A DNA stretch of 63,881 nucleotides, filler included, from an uncultured Ignavibacteriales bacterium (GTDB taxonomy: Bacteria > Zixibacteria > MSB-5A5 > GN15 > JAAZOE01): assembly GCA_964611355.1 (NCBI GenBank). It is 3 parts of 3 records of this genome, joined end to end, with 100 filler letters (N's around TTAATTAATTAA, not from the genome) between each part and the next. Parts side by side here need not be neighbours in the genome. Positions count along the whole stretch, not along the records: positions 1 to 23,425 come from CAZSYD010000036.1; 2 more parts are not named here. One strand, 5' to 3'. How positions within the stretch are numbered: the first letter of the stretch is position 1; each line of letters opens with the position of its first letter. The notes beneath the pieces were generated by a model, which saw only the letters and a list, made by a program, of their open reading frames with translations, was not told where the DNA came from and ran no database searches. Below are positions 1-10,093 of this stretch, piece after piece. Position numbers and translations under genes: made by a program.

Positions 1-29
1 TCTTGCCTTGACACGCCGCGTTAATAAAA

Positions 30-58
30 TTGACATAGGCAGTTACAAAAGATATATT
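30..58 (+). promoter_or_regulatory. Putative sigma70 promoter of the PMM/PGM operon
   Basis: TTGACA(30-35), 17-nt spacer, TATATT(53-58); GGAGG RBS precedes ATG at 81. Confidence 0.6.
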
Positions 59-80
59 CGGCCCACATAAGGGAGGCAAC

Positions 81-1421
81 ATGGATTTTGATCGGTCGAT
101 TTTCAAGGCTTACGACATTCGGGGAATCGTTCCCGATCAGTTGACGAGCGATATAGCCTATCGCATCGGAAATTCACTGGCCGGGTACTTGAAACCGAAA
201 TCGATCGCAGTCGGCCGGGATATGCGTATCTCATCGGATCAGTTGTTTGACGGCCTGACGACCGGTATTATCGATCGCGGCGTCGATGTCGTCGATCTTG
301 GGATGATCTCAACCGATGCGCTTTATTTTGCCGTCGGCAGGTTCGAATATGATGGCGGGGTAATGATTACCGCCTCCCATAACCCATCCCAATATAACGG
401 TTTCAAGATCTGCCGCGAACAGGCGGCGCCGTTATCCGGTTCGGAAGGATTTGATGTCATCGCCGACGATATTGCAAATGATCGAATAGAAAAATCCCCC
501 AGCCGGGGTTCCATCGCCAGAAAAGATATCAGTCATGATTTCGGCGAGCACGCCCTATCGTTTATAGATACTACTATCATAAAGCCGTTTTCGATTGCCA
601 TTGACGCCGGCAACGGCATGGCGGGGCTGACTCTGCCGCCGGTTTTCGAAAAACTCCCCTGCCGGGTAACGCCTTTATATTACGAACCGGACGGGACTTT
701 TCCCAATCATCCGGCCAACCCGATCGAGCCGAAAAACCTGGCCGATCTACAAAAAGTAATGGCGGAAAAGGAAGTTGATTTGGGTGTTGCCTTTGACGGC
801 GACGCCGACCGGATGTTTTTGCTGCAAAAAGACGGCGTTCCACTCGGCGGCGATATGGTCGTCGCACTGGTGGCCGATAATATTCTCTCGCAAAGCCCCG
901 GCGAGACTATTCTTTACAATCTTATTTGCAGCCGGGCGGTGCCGGAACTTATCAGGCGCAAAGGCGGCACGCCGATCCGCACCCGGGTCGGCCACGCGAT
1001 TATCAAACCGCTGATGAAAAAATATAACGCCGTTTTCGGCGGCGAGCATTCCGGGCATTTCTATTTCCGCGACAACTGGTTCGCCGACTCCGGACTCATC
1101 GCGCTTCTGGTTTGCCTTGAACTTCTGTCCGAATCGGAGCGCGACCTGCACGAAATAATCGGTGATGTTGATCCATATGTGCGCTCCGGCGAAATCAACA
1201 GCCGCGTAGAAAATATCGACCGGAAAATTGAAGACGTAAGCGACGCTTTTTCGGACGGCGAAACCGATCGTCTCGATGGTTTAACCATTCAGTACGGCGA
1301 CTGGTGGTTCAACCTGCGGCCATCCAACACCGAGCCGTTATTGCGGCTTAATATCGAGGCGAACGACAAAGAACTGCTGGACGAAAAGATTAACCGGCTT
1401 CTGGAGATTATCAGGTCGTAA
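81..1421 (+). CDS. Phosphomannomutase/phosphoglucomutase
   Basis: FKAYDIRG N-terminus, TASHNP phosphoserine motif, FDGDADR metal loop, GEHSGH sugar loop, RPSNTEP. Confidence 0.95.
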   Translation: MDFDRSIFKAYDIRGIVPDQLTSDIAYRIGNSLAGYLKPKSIAVGRDMRISSDQLFDGLTTGIIDRGVDVVDLGMISTDALYFAVGRFEYDGGVMITASHNPSQYNGFKICREQAAPLSGSEGFDVIADDIANDRIEKSPSRGSIARKDISHDFGEHALSFIDTTIIKPFSIAIDAGNGMAGLTLPPVFEKLPCRVTPLYYEPDGTFPNHPANPIEPKNLADLQKVMAEKEVDLGVAFDGDADRMFLLQKDGVPLGGDMVVALVADNILSQSPGETILYNLICSRAVPELIRRKGGTPIRTRVGHAIIKPLMKKYNAVFGGEHSGHFYFRDNWFADSGLIALLVCLELLSESERDLHEIIGDVDPYVRSGEINSRVENIDRKIEDVSDAFSDGETDRLDGLTIQYGDWWFNLRPSNTEPLLRLNIEANDKELLDEKINRLLEIIRS

Positions 1422-1424
1422 ATA

Positions 1425-2177
1425 ATGCCGAACCGGATTAAAATCCTTGTTGTTGACGATGATCCCCGTCTTCTGGACCTGTTGATCGAGACGCTGACAA
1501 CTATCGGGTACGACGCCGTCGGCGCGGCCGATGGCCGACAAGCGCTTAAGATTCTGACCGAGACCAAGGTCAGCCTGATTATCACCGATATTAAAATGCC
1601 CGACATGGACGGCTTCGAACTGGCCGACATCGTTCGGAAAAAACACCCGGGCTTGCCGGTTGTATTTATCACCGGCGTCTTCACCTCAAGCATAGTGCAT
1701 AGAAAAGACGATGAAACGATTTTAACCAAGCCGTTCCGCATCAGTCGGCTGGAGGATATGATCAAGCGGGCCGTCACTCCCCCGCCCGACGTCGAGCCGC
1801 GGGAAAAAGAGCGTATCCTTGTTGTCGACGATGACGACAGCTTCAGGGTAATGCTGATGGAAACCCTTAAACTGTCGAATTACAGCGTCACAGGCGCATC
1901 GGACGCTGACGAAGCCATGAATATTTTGCAGCAGGGAAATATAAGCGCGGTCATAACCGATATTAAAATGCCGGGAATGGATGGGATATCGCTTGCCGGA
2001 AATATTAAAAAAAGCCGGCCCGGTATTCCGGTTATTTTAGTTACCGCATACCTCTCCGCTGAACAGGAGAATGCGGCCTCTATTGCGGATGGTTTTTTAA
2101 TGAAACCGTTTAGTATTGAAAGCGTCACCAATCTTCTGGAATCTCTCAAGGATCGGATTACCCGCTCCATGGTTTAG
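1425..2177 (+). CDS. Response regulator with two tandem receiver domains and no output domain
   Basis: Two copies of ILVVDDD...ITDIKMP.MDG...KPF. Confidence 0.9.
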   Translation: MPNRIKILVVDDDPRLLDLLIETLTTIGYDAVGAADGRQALKILTETKVSLIITDIKMPDMDGFELADIVRKKHPGLPVVFITGVFTSSIVHRKDDETILTKPFRISRLEDMIKRAVTPPPDVEPREKERILVVDDDDSFRVMLMETLKLSNYSVTGASDADEAMNILQQGNISAVITDIKMPGMDGISLAGNIKKSRPGIPVILVTAYLSAEQENAASIADGFLMKPFSIESVTNLLESLKDRITRSMV

Positions 2178-2357
2178 CTTCAGGGAATCGTATTTTCCCA
2201 AAACTGCGCCGACCGTTCAACTATCAATCATTACATAGTGCAATTAGATTGGGAATTCAAAGCTGACAATAGTTTTCCGAGAGTGATATTGGGGCCGTTT
2301 TTATTTTCCTCAATCAAAATTGATTGCTATATTTTCTCGATAGATCACGGAGAAGTT

Positions 2358-2744
2358 ATGAGTAAAAAGATTATCGCGACAGACAAAGCGCCCAAAGCCA
2401 TCGGCGCTTACAATCAGGCGGTTATGGTCGAAGGAGCGAGGTTACTTTTTATCTCCGGACAACTCGGCTTTAGCCCGGAGACAATGGAGATGGTCTCCGG
2501 AGGAGTAAAAGCCGAAGCCGAACAAGTGATGAAAAACCTTGGTTCCATTCTGACCGAGGCGGGAGGAGATTTCTCGTCAATAGTCAAGGCGACCATCTAC
2601 TTAAGTGATATTAACGACTTTGCCGCCGTTAATGAAATCTATGCCTCCTGTTTCAAATCCGATGCTCCGGCGCGGGCGGCCTTTGCCGTGGCGGCTCTGC
2701 CCAAGGGAGCCGGAGTGGAAATTGAGGCGATCGCGGCACTCTGA
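2358..2744 (+). CDS. ridA: RidA/YjgF family enamine/imine deaminase
   Basis: APKAIGAYNQA, SGQ, PARAAFAVAALP, VEIE motifs; start moved to ATG 2358, which follows a GGAG RBS. Confidence 0.9.
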   Translation: MSKKIIATDKAPKAIGAYNQAVMVEGARLLFISGQLGFSPETMEMVSGGVKAEAEQVMKNLGSILTEAGGDFSSIVKATIYLSDINDFAAVNEIYASCFKSDAPARAAFAVAALPKGAGVEIEAIAAL

Positions 2745-2749
2745 CAACG

Positions 2750-3913
2750 ATGACGCGAAACATCAGGGTTTTTCTTTTAACCGAGGCGATACTGGCCGCC
2801 TGCGGCGGATTTATTCTGCCGATATATGTCCTCTATTTTCGCTGTTTTTATATAACCCTGTTTGAGGTGGCGCTTCTGGCGGCGGTATTCGAAGCCTCGA
2901 TTCTGATATGTGAAATCCCGACCGGGCTTTTTGCCGACCGGTATGGTCGAAAACTGTCGGTTAGTATCGGCTTTGCCTTTTTTGCCGTTAGCGGCACGAT
3001 ATTTATTCTTTTTCGCAATCTGACCGGATTTATCATCGCCGAAATCATCTTCGGCCTGGCCGAGGCTTTTATCTCCGGGGCCGGCGAAGCGCTGGCGGTT
3101 GATTCTATCCTGGAACCGAATAAAGAACCGATTCTGAAAAAAATATATGTTCTGCGCAGCCGCGTGCGAATTGTCATGACTTCGCTTTTTATGGTGTCGG
3201 CGGGGTATCTTTTTGCCCGAAACGTATCGATTACTTTTTATCCCGTTCTGATCGGGGGACTGGTCGGTTTCGCCGTATCCTTGTTTTTCATCGCCGACCG
3301 GCCGATTCCCGAAGCCAAAGATCGTCGGCATTTTATTAAGCCGCTAAAAACCATGTTTCGTCATCTCCGCCTTTCAAATGTTCTTAAGATCGTTTTTGTA
3401 ATATCCCTGGTGGCCAATTTTTCGTTCGAAGGAGCTGATCAGTACTGGCAGGTTTTGGGTTTGGAGCTGTTTAACCTTAATGTCAACTACTTCGGTCTTA
3501 TCACCGCCGCCGGGGCGGTCTTGGCCTTCTTTTTGGTCGGGAGAATCGTCCGCCGTTTTTCGGGAAATTTGTCATTGCCCCTGTTGTTTCTACTTCTGGC
3601 GGGGGTGGTCATATCGTCTCTGCCCAACTCGCCGGAGTTTCTTCTGCCCGGTCTGCTGATTATCTACTTTTTCAGCAAAGAGATGATTACCCCCCTGTTC
3701 TCCGTTACGATAAACAGCCTGATCGATTCTCACGGCCGGGCGACTTTTCTTTCCGGCTACAACCTGACCTGTTCAATTGGCGAGGTGATTTCCGGCGTAA
3801 TAGTGGGCCTGATTGCTTCACATCTTGGCCTTCCGGTGGTATTTGTCGTCTGCGGCGGGGTTCTGGTTTTATTTGTTATTATTGCGCTTTTCCGTGGCCG
3901 GCAACCGATTTGA
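2750..3913 (+). CDS. MFS transporter
   Basis: About 12 hydrophobic segments; EIPTGLFADRYGRK matches MFS motif A. Confidence 0.9.
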   Translation: MTRNIRVFLLTEAILAACGGFILPIYVLYFRCFYITLFEVALLAAVFEASILICEIPTGLFADRYGRKLSVSIGFAFFAVSGTIFILFRNLTGFIIAEIIFGLAEAFISGAGEALAVDSILEPNKEPILKKIYVLRSRVRIVMTSLFMVSAGYLFARNVSITFYPVLIGGLVGFAVSLFFIADRPIPEAKDRRHFIKPLKTMFRHLRLSNVLKIVFVISLVANFSFEGADQYWQVLGLELFNLNVNYFGLITAAGAVLAFFLVGRIVRRFSGNLSLPLLFLLLAGVVISSLPNSPEFLLPGLLIIYFFSKEMITPLFSVTINSLIDSHGRATFLSGYNLTCSIGEVISGVIVGLIASHLGLPVVFVVCGGVLVLFVIIALFRGRQPI

Positions 3914-3920
3914 TCTTCGT

Positions 3921-4973
3921 TCAGGCTACGGTTATGTCCTTGCAGAGATAAACATCCTGGATCGCATTCAGGAGCTTTATTCCTTCTTTCATCGGTTTCT
4001 GGAATGATTTTCTGCCGCTGATAAGACCCATACCGCCCGCTCTCTTATTGATGACGGCGGTTCTTACGGCCTGGGCCAGATCGTCTTTACCGGATGCGCC
4101 GCCGGAATTGATCAGTCCGGCCCGGCCCATGTAACAGTTGACCACCTGATAACGGGTAAGATCGACGGGATGATCGGAGGTCAATTCCGAATAGACCCGA
4201 TCGTCGGTTTTGGAGAACTTCAGGGCTTTGAAACCGCCGTTGTTTTCCGGCTGTTTCTGCTTGACGATATCGGCCTCAATGGTAACGGCCAGATAATTGG
4301 CCTGACCTGTCATGTCGGCGGACACGTGATAATCGGCCTGGTCGGTCTTGAAGGCAGAATTTCTCAAGTAAGCCCACAGGACAGTGGCCAAACCATTGCT
4401 GTGAGCATAAGCGAACGCTTCGGAGATCTCCTGGATCTGGCGGTTGCTTTCCTTCGAGCCGTAATAAACGGTCGCCCCGACGGCAATCGCTCCCATGTCG
4501 ATCGCCTGATCCACGCCGGCAAATAAAACCTGGTCGTATTTGGTCGGATAGGTGAGCAATTCGTTATGATTTATTTTGACGATAAACGGTATTCTCCAGG
4601 CGTATTTTCGGGCCACGGCGCCAAGCACACCCAAGGTTGACACGACAGCATTGCAGCCGCCGTCGATAGCCAGCCTGACGATGTTTTCCGGATCGAAATA
4701 GATCGGGTTGGGAGCAAAACTGGCTCCGCCGGTATGTTCGATACCCTGATCGACCGGAAGTATCGAGAGATAGCCGGTACCGGCCAGACGGCCGTGACCA
4801 AACAGCATCTGCAGGCTCCTCAATGACGACACCGGGCGATCAGAGTTGATTAACACCCGTTCAACGAAGTCGGGACCGGGAAGATGCAGTTGTTCTTTGA
4901 CGACCGTCGTCGATTTGTGATTTAACAGGTATTCTGCCTCTTTTCCCAAATATTTTTCAATGGCGCTCAACAT
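3921..4973 (-). CDS. fbaB: Class I fructose-bisphosphate aldolase (FbaB/DhnA type)
   Basis: [16 protein letters not shown] Schiff-base Lys, GLISGRK; start at ATG 4973 preceded by AGGAGG. Confidence 0.93.
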   Translation of the reverse strand: MLSAIEKYLGKEAEYLLNHKSTTVVKEQLHLPGPDFVERVLINSDRPVSSLRSLQMLFGHGRLAGTGYLSILPVDQGIEHTGGASFAPNPIYFDPENIVRLAIDGGCNAVVSTLGVLGAVARKYAWRIPFIVKINHNELLTYPTKYDQVLFAGVDQAIDMGAIAVGATVYYGSKESNRQIQEISEAFAYAHSNGLATVLWAYLRNSAFKTDQADYHVSADMTGQANYLAVTIEADIVKQKQPENNGGFKALKFSKTDDRVYSELTSDHPVDLTRYQVVNCYMGRAGLINSGGASGKDDLAQAVRTAVINKRAGGMGLISGRKSFQKPMKEGIKLLNAIQDVYLCKDITVA

Positions 4974-5276
4974 AGAAATCCTCCTTCTCTTTTTTGACAA
5001 CTATGCAGGTTTATAAACGGCAAGTCAATTTTAAATGGCATGTAAAACGCAGTTGGTATTGATTGGAAAATCGCCAAGACCGGAAAACGCAGGATTTTGG
5101 AAAAGAAGTCGCCATCATTGGTCTATTTAACCGAGATAACAATTTAATCGTTTTCCAGTAGTACCGACTTGACAAACGTTTGTTTTTGGTTTTCTTATCG
5201 TCTTAATTTGCGCCGCTCCTGTGGAGAAAAGTTGGATGGACTATTATAAATCATCGCGCGGCGGGAAAGGGTAGAT

Positions 5277-5633
5277 ATGCCGGTTGACTATAATGCCGTC
5301 CTGGTTTTCATCCTTCTCGGCATTGGCCTGGTTCTTTTTACTTTTTTCTTTGCGCGCCTTATTCGACCCCACCACCCTTATCAAGTAAAAAACGAAACCT
5401 ATGAATGCGGCATCCCGATCCTCGGGAAAAGCTGGGTGCAGTTCAACAACCGTTTCTATATCTTTGCGCTCATTTTTGTAATTTTCGACGTGGAAGCCAT
5501 TTTTCTGTTTCCCTGGGCGGTGGCGTACAATTCACTGGGCTTTTTTGCCCTGATTGAAATGGTAATCTTTATTGCCATCCTCCTGGTCGGACTGGTCTAT
5601 GCCTGGAAGAAGGGAGCCCTGAAATGGGTGTGA
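5277..5633 (+). CDS. nuoA: Complex I subunit A
   Basis: [19 protein letters not shown]; 3 TM segments. Confidence 0.95.
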   Translation: MPVDYNAVLVFILLGIGLVLFTFFFARLIRPHHPYQVKNETYECGIPILGKSWVQFNNRFYIFALIFVIFDVEAIFLFPWAVAYNSLGFFALIEMVIFIAILLVGLVYAWKKGALKWV

Positions 5634-6130
5634 TCAAAAAACTCCCGGTGTTTGCCAGGAATATTCCCGGCGGCGGCCTTGTTACGACATCTCTAAACAA
5701 TGTGTTGACGACGTGTCAGGCTAAGTCCCTCTGGTATTTGCTTTTCGGTACCGCATGCTGCGCCATTGAGCTGATGGCTACGGGGGCATCGCGCTACGAT
5801 TTCGACCGCCTGGGGATGATGTTTCGCGCCTCGCCGCGGCAGTCGGACTTGATGATCGTGGCCGGCACCATTACGCTGAAAATGGCCCCGGTGGTTAAAA
5901 GGCTTTACGATCAGATGGCCGAACCGAGGTACGTGCTCGCAATGGGCGGATGTACCATCGGCGGCGGACCGTTCTATTACGACAGCTATGCGGTTTTGAA
6001 AGGCATTGATAAAATCATTCCGGTCGATGTTTATGTTCCCGGCTGTCCCCCCCGGCCGGAGGCGCTTCTTAATGGCTGCCTGGAAGTCGGCAAAAAGATC
6101 AGGCAACAGAAACTGGAAGACTGGAGCTAA
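5624..6130 (+). CDS. nuoB: Complex I subunit B
   Basis: [27 protein letters not shown]. Confidence 0.96.
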   Translation: MGVIKKLPVFARNIPGGGLVTTSLNNVLTTCQAKSLWYLLFGTACCAIELMATGASRYDFDRLGMMFRASPRQSDLMIVAGTITLKMAPVVKRLYDQMAEPRYVLAMGGCTIGGGPFYYDSYAVLKGIDKIIPVDVYVPGCPPRPEALLNGCLEVGKKIRQQKLEDWS

Positions 6131-6139
6131 AGCCGCCCA

Positions 6140-6610
6140 ATGACCAAGGAACAGCTGACCAGGCATATAAAGGAAAATTTTTCCGCAGAGCTTGACGTAA
6201 TCGAAAACGAGCAGCCGGAGCCATATTTTATCATCAAAGCGGATAATCTGGTTAAATTCTGCCGGTTTATCCATGATGATCCCGGCCTGGTAATGGATTT
6301 TTTGATGAACCTGTCGGGCGTCGATACCGGCGAACGGTTCGAGGTCGTTTACAACGTTTGTTCCTACCGCCTGAAGCATCGGATTTATTTCAAGATCCTG
6401 CTTGATCGCCAAAACGCGGAATTCGACACGGTGCGGTCGGTATGGCCCGCGGCCGACTGGTATGAACGCGAGGTGTGGGAACTTTTTGGAATGAACGTGC
6501 GTGGCCATCCCAACCTGACCCGATTTCTTTTGCCGGACGATTGGGATGAAGGTCACCCGCTTAGAAAAGACTGGGTGGGCAAAGATGTTATTCCTTTCCC
6601 GGAGAGGTAG
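6140..6610 (+). CDS. nuoC: Complex I subunit C
   Basis: WYEREVWELFG, GHPLRKD. Confidence 0.95.
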   Translation: MTKEQLTRHIKENFSAELDVIENEQPEPYFIIKADNLVKFCRFIHDDPGLVMDFLMNLSGVDTGERFEVVYNVCSYRLKHRIYFKILLDRQNAEFDTVRSVWPAADWYEREVWELFGMNVRGHPNLTRFLLPDDWDEGHPLRKDWVGKDVIPFPER

Positions 6611-6616
6611 CAAGTA

Positions 6617-7723
6617 ATGGCCGAGCAGCTTCGCACCGAGGAAATGATGGTCAACATGGGGCCGCAACACCCTTCGACGCACGGGGTTTGCCGCCTGATA
6701 TTGACCATCGACGGCGAGGTAATTAACGACTGCGTTCCTGTTATCGGCTATCTTCATCGCGCCATCGAAAAGATTTGCGAGAACCGTACCTATGCCCAGT
6801 GTATTCCCCTTATGGATCGCTTCGAATATGTCACCGCCATGTCTTGCAATTGGGTTTTTGCCCTGGCTGCCGAAAAGCTGTCCGATATTGAAATCCCCGA
6901 ACGGGCTGAGTATTTGCGCGTCATCATGGCCGAGCTCAACCGGATGGCCAGCCACCTGCTTTGTATCGGCGTGACATCCATGGACATTGGCGCGCTGACG
7001 CCTTTCCTGTACACCTTCCGCGAACGCGAGATGATTCTTGATCTGTTTGAAATGACCTGCGGCCAGAGATTGACTTATAACTATATCCGCGTCGGGGGCG
7101 TATCCAGAGATATTCCGCCGGAGTTTGTTCCGATGTGCCGCCAATTCCTTGATATCATAGACGCCAAGGTTGACGACTATGAAAGGGTTCTGACCGAAAA
7201 CCCGATCTGGATCGCCCGCAATAAGGGAATCGGTATTATACCGGAACAGATGGTTTACGACTATGCCATCTCCGGGCCGTCGGCCCGCGCCTCCGGCGTT
7301 AATTTCGATATCCGCAAGCACGACACCTATTCGATCTATGACCGCTTTGATTTCGAAGTTCCCGTTTTTTACGGCTGTGACAGCTATGATCGTTATCGGG
7401 CGAGGATAGCGGAAGTCCGCCAGTCGGCCCGCATCGTCCGCCAGGCGTTGGACGGGTTACCGGACGGCCCGGTTCGAGCGAAAGTGAGCATGAATTTCAA
7501 AACCAAACCGGGCGAGGTTTACACCCGCATTGAAAATTCCCGGGGAGAAATGGGTATCAATTTAATTTCTGACGGTTCCAGGAAACCGTTCCGGGTGCGC
7601 GCCCGGGGAGGAAGTTATAATCACCTTATGGCGTTACCCGATATCGTCCGGGGAACCAAGATCGCCGATTTGGTAGCGATTTTCGCTTCGCTTGATATTA
7701 TTATGCCGGAGATAGACAGGTAA
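6617..7723 (+). CDS. nuoD: Complex I subunit D
   Basis: NMGPQHPSTHG, GYLHR, C-terminal EIDR; no NiFe CxxC motifs. Confidence 0.96.
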   Translation: MAEQLRTEEMMVNMGPQHPSTHGVCRLILTIDGEVINDCVPVIGYLHRAIEKICENRTYAQCIPLMDRFEYVTAMSCNWVFALAAEKLSDIEIPERAEYLRVIMAELNRMASHLLCIGVTSMDIGALTPFLYTFREREMILDLFEMTCGQRLTYNYIRVGGVSRDIPPEFVPMCRQFLDIIDAKVDDYERVLTENPIWIARNKGIGIIPEQMVYDYAISGPSARASGVNFDIRKHDTYSIYDRFDFEVPVFYGCDSYDRYRARIAEVRQSARIVRQALDGLPDGPVRAKVSMNFKTKPGEVYTRIENSRGEMGINLISDGSRKPFRVRARGGSYNHLMALPDIVRGTKIADLVAIFASLDIIMPEIDR

Positions 7724-8757
7724 TGGAACTGGCGCCCGTTTTTGACTGGCTGTATAACCAATTATCGGCGCTCGGACTGGGCGATACGCTGAATAATTTG
7801 ATCTCGCTGATTGTAGTTAGCGTGATTGTCTTTGGTTTTTTATGCCTGGTGGCGCTGTTTCTGGTCTGGTGGGAACGCAAGATTTCGGCTCACGTTCAGC
7901 AGCGCTTCGGCCCCATGATGACCGGCTGGCACGGCGCTCTGCAAACCGTCGCCGACGCGGTAAAATTGCTTCAAAAAGAAGATATTACCCCCGCTATAGC
8001 TGACCGCAATGTTTTCTTTTGGGCGCCGGTTGTATGTTTTACCTGCGCTTTTGCGGCTTACGTGGTGATACCGTTCGGCGACGGCCTTATCGTTTCCGAT
8101 TTGAATATCGGTATCCTTTATATCATCGCCATTACGACCTTTACCATTATTTCGCTGCTTATGGCCGGCTGGGGTTCCAATAACAAATATGCTCTTCTGG
8201 GCGGTATGCGCTCGGCGGCTCAGGGAGTCAGCTACGAGGTCCCGCTGGTGCTTTCCATCCTCGGCGTGGTCATGGTCACCGGTTCGATGTCAATGAATGA
8301 TATCGTCCGCGCCCAGTCCGGCTGGGGAGGTTTCCACTGGAACGTCTTTTTCCAGCCGCTGGGATTTCTAATATACGTTACCGCCGCTACTGCTGAAACC
8401 AACCGGACGCCGTTTGATATTCCGGAAGCGGAGCAGGAATTGGTGGCGGGCTACAACGTCGAGTATTCCGGGATGAAATTCGCCATGTTTTTTCTGGCCG
8501 AGTTTATCAACATGTTTACCGTTTCGGCCATCACGGTTACCGTTTTTCTGGGCGGCTGGAACGGGCCGTTTCTACCATCGTGGGTATGGTTTCTGGGCAA
8601 GACGCTCTTTATGGTCTTTATCATGATGCTGTTCCGCTGGACTTATCCGCGCTTGCGCGTTGATCAATTGATGGAGTTTTCCTGGAAGGTTCTTTTGCCG
8701 CTGGCCTTTCTTAACATTGTTTATGTCGGGGTATTCGCCAAATGGCTGAATTGGTGA
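7723..8757 (+). CDS. nuoH: Complex I subunit H
   Basis: ERK...QQRFGP, NRTPFDIPEAEQELVAG, PRLRVDQ. Confidence 0.96.
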   Translation: MELAPVFDWLYNQLSALGLGDTLNNLISLIVVSVIVFGFLCLVALFLVWWERKISAHVQQRFGPMMTGWHGALQTVADAVKLLQKEDITPAIADRNVFFWAPVVCFTCAFAAYVVIPFGDGLIVSDLNIGILYIIAITTFTIISLLMAGWGSNNKYALLGGMRSAAQGVSYEVPLVLSILGVVMVTGSMSMNDIVRAQSGWGGFHWNVFFQPLGFLIYVTAATAETNRTPFDIPEAEQELVAGYNVEYSGMKFAMFFLAEFINMFTVSAITVTVFLGGWNGPFLPSWVWFLGKTLFMVFIMMLFRWTYPRLRVDQLMEFSWKVLLPLAFLNIVYVGVFAKWLNW

Positions 8758-9293
8758 AACAATTCGCATCGGGGATTTACAACCTGCTTCTGGGGATGTT
8801 TACCACCGGCAAACATCTGGGCCGGCATGCGGTTACCATTCAATATCCAAAGGAACGCTGGACTATGCCGGAACGTTCGCGCGGTATGGTCGTGCTTCTG
8901 ACCGACCACGAGACCGGCAAGCTGAACTGCACCGCCTGCCTGCTTTGCATGCGAGCCTGCCCTACCGGAGCCATAGATATCGAATTTGAAAAGGACGAAA
9001 AAGGCAGAAGGCATCTGAAGGAATTCAGGGTAAATTACCATATATGTTGCTTATGCGGTCTTTGCGAGGAAGCCTGCAATTTTGCCGCTATCAAGCTGGC
9101 CCCCAAATACGAATTCGCGGAATACGATAAAAAGAATCTCCTCTGGGATATGAAAAAATTGCAAGCCATGGGTCTCGATGTGCCTTATGAAAAACCGAAA
9201 CGGAAAAAGCCGATGGCCGAAAAGCCGGAAGCCGAAAAACCCGACGCTGATACCGCCAAACCGGCAGGCGAAAACATGGACGAGGATAAATAG
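8742..9293 (+). CDS. nuoI: Complex I subunit I (2x[4Fe-4S])
   Basis: CTACLLCMRACP and CCLCGLCEEAC ferredoxin motifs, TIQYP. Confidence 0.94.
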   Translation: MAELVKQFASGIYNLLLGMFTTGKHLGRHAVTIQYPKERWTMPERSRGMVVLLTDHETGKLNCTACLLCMRACPTGAIDIEFEKDEKGRRHLKEFRVNYHICCLCGLCEEACNFAAIKLAPKYEFAEYDKKNLLWDMKKLQAMGLDVPYEKPKRKKPMAEKPEAEKPDADTAKPAGENMDEDK

Positions 9294-9785
9294 ATGGAGC
9301 AAGTTGTCTTCTACCTGTTCGCCTTTCTGATTATCAGTTCAGCCCTGGCGGTGGTGTCGCTTAAGAATATTTTTCATTGCGCCCTGTTTCTTGTCCTATG
9401 CCTGTTTTCGGTGGCCGGAATTTTCGTTATGCTGCATGCCGAATTCCTGGCGGCGGTACAGATTCTTATTTACGTCGGTGCGGTGGCGATCCTTATCATA
9501 TTTGCCATCATGCTGACTTCGAAGCTGGCCGGGCGGGACCCGATCATGACCAACGAGATGACTTTTATTGGAGCATTTCTGGCTCTTATTCTGGTCTTCA
9601 GCCTGGTTTATTCTCTGTCGAATACTTTCTTCCGGCTGGCCGACACCGAACCGGCTCCGCAATCGACGCTTGAGCTCGGCAAACTGCTGATGACGGAATT
9701 CGTTCTGCCGTTTGAGCTGGTATCGGTCCTGCTTTTGGCGGCCCTGATCGGAGCTATTATTATCGCTCGCCGGGAGGGAAACTGA
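9294..9785 (+). CDS. nuoJ: Complex I subunit J
   Basis: [14 protein letters not shown]. Confidence 0.94.
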   Translation: MEQVVFYLFAFLIISSALAVVSLKNIFHCALFLVLCLFSVAGIFVMLHAEFLAAVQILIYVGAVAILIIFAIMLTSKLAGRDPIMTNEMTFIGAFLALILVFSLVYSLSNTFFRLADTEPAPQSTLELGKLLMTEFVLPFELVSVLLLAALIGAIIIARREGN

Positions 9786-9786
9786 C

Positions 9787-10092
9787 ATGGAACTGATGCA
9801 TTACCTGACCCTGGCGGCGATTTTGTTTTCGATCGGCTTTTACGGTATCCTGACCCGCCGCAATGCGATTGCCATTTTGATGTCGCTGGAATTGATGTTC
9901 AACGCAGCCAATATCAACCTGGTGGCTTTCAATCGTTTTACTACGCCGGACGGGTTTACGGGACAGATTTTCGCCATTTTTGTAGTCGTCGTGGCCGCCG
10001 CTGAAGCCACCGTCGGGCTGGCGATCGTGATCTTAATTTACCGGAACTGGCGCCATATCGACGCCGACCGGGTCAACCTGTTGAAGTGGTAA
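9787..10092 (+). CDS. nuoK: Complex I subunit K
   Basis: [17 protein letters not shown]. Confidence 0.95.
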   Translation: MELMHYLTLAAILFSIGFYGILTRRNAIAILMSLELMFNAANINLVAFNRFTTPDGFTGQIFAIFVVVVAAAEATVGLAIVILIYRNWRHIDADRVNLLKW

Positions 10093-10093
10093 C

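Noticed and set aside
5693..7321. 542-aa minus-strand ORF
   Set aside because: Antisense shadow of nuoBCD with no recognisable motifs; expected from codon bias.
6617..7723. Group 4 NiFe-hydrogenase large subunit as an alternative call
   Set aside because: Lacks the RxCGxC and DPCxxC motifs and has NuoD quinone-site motifs.
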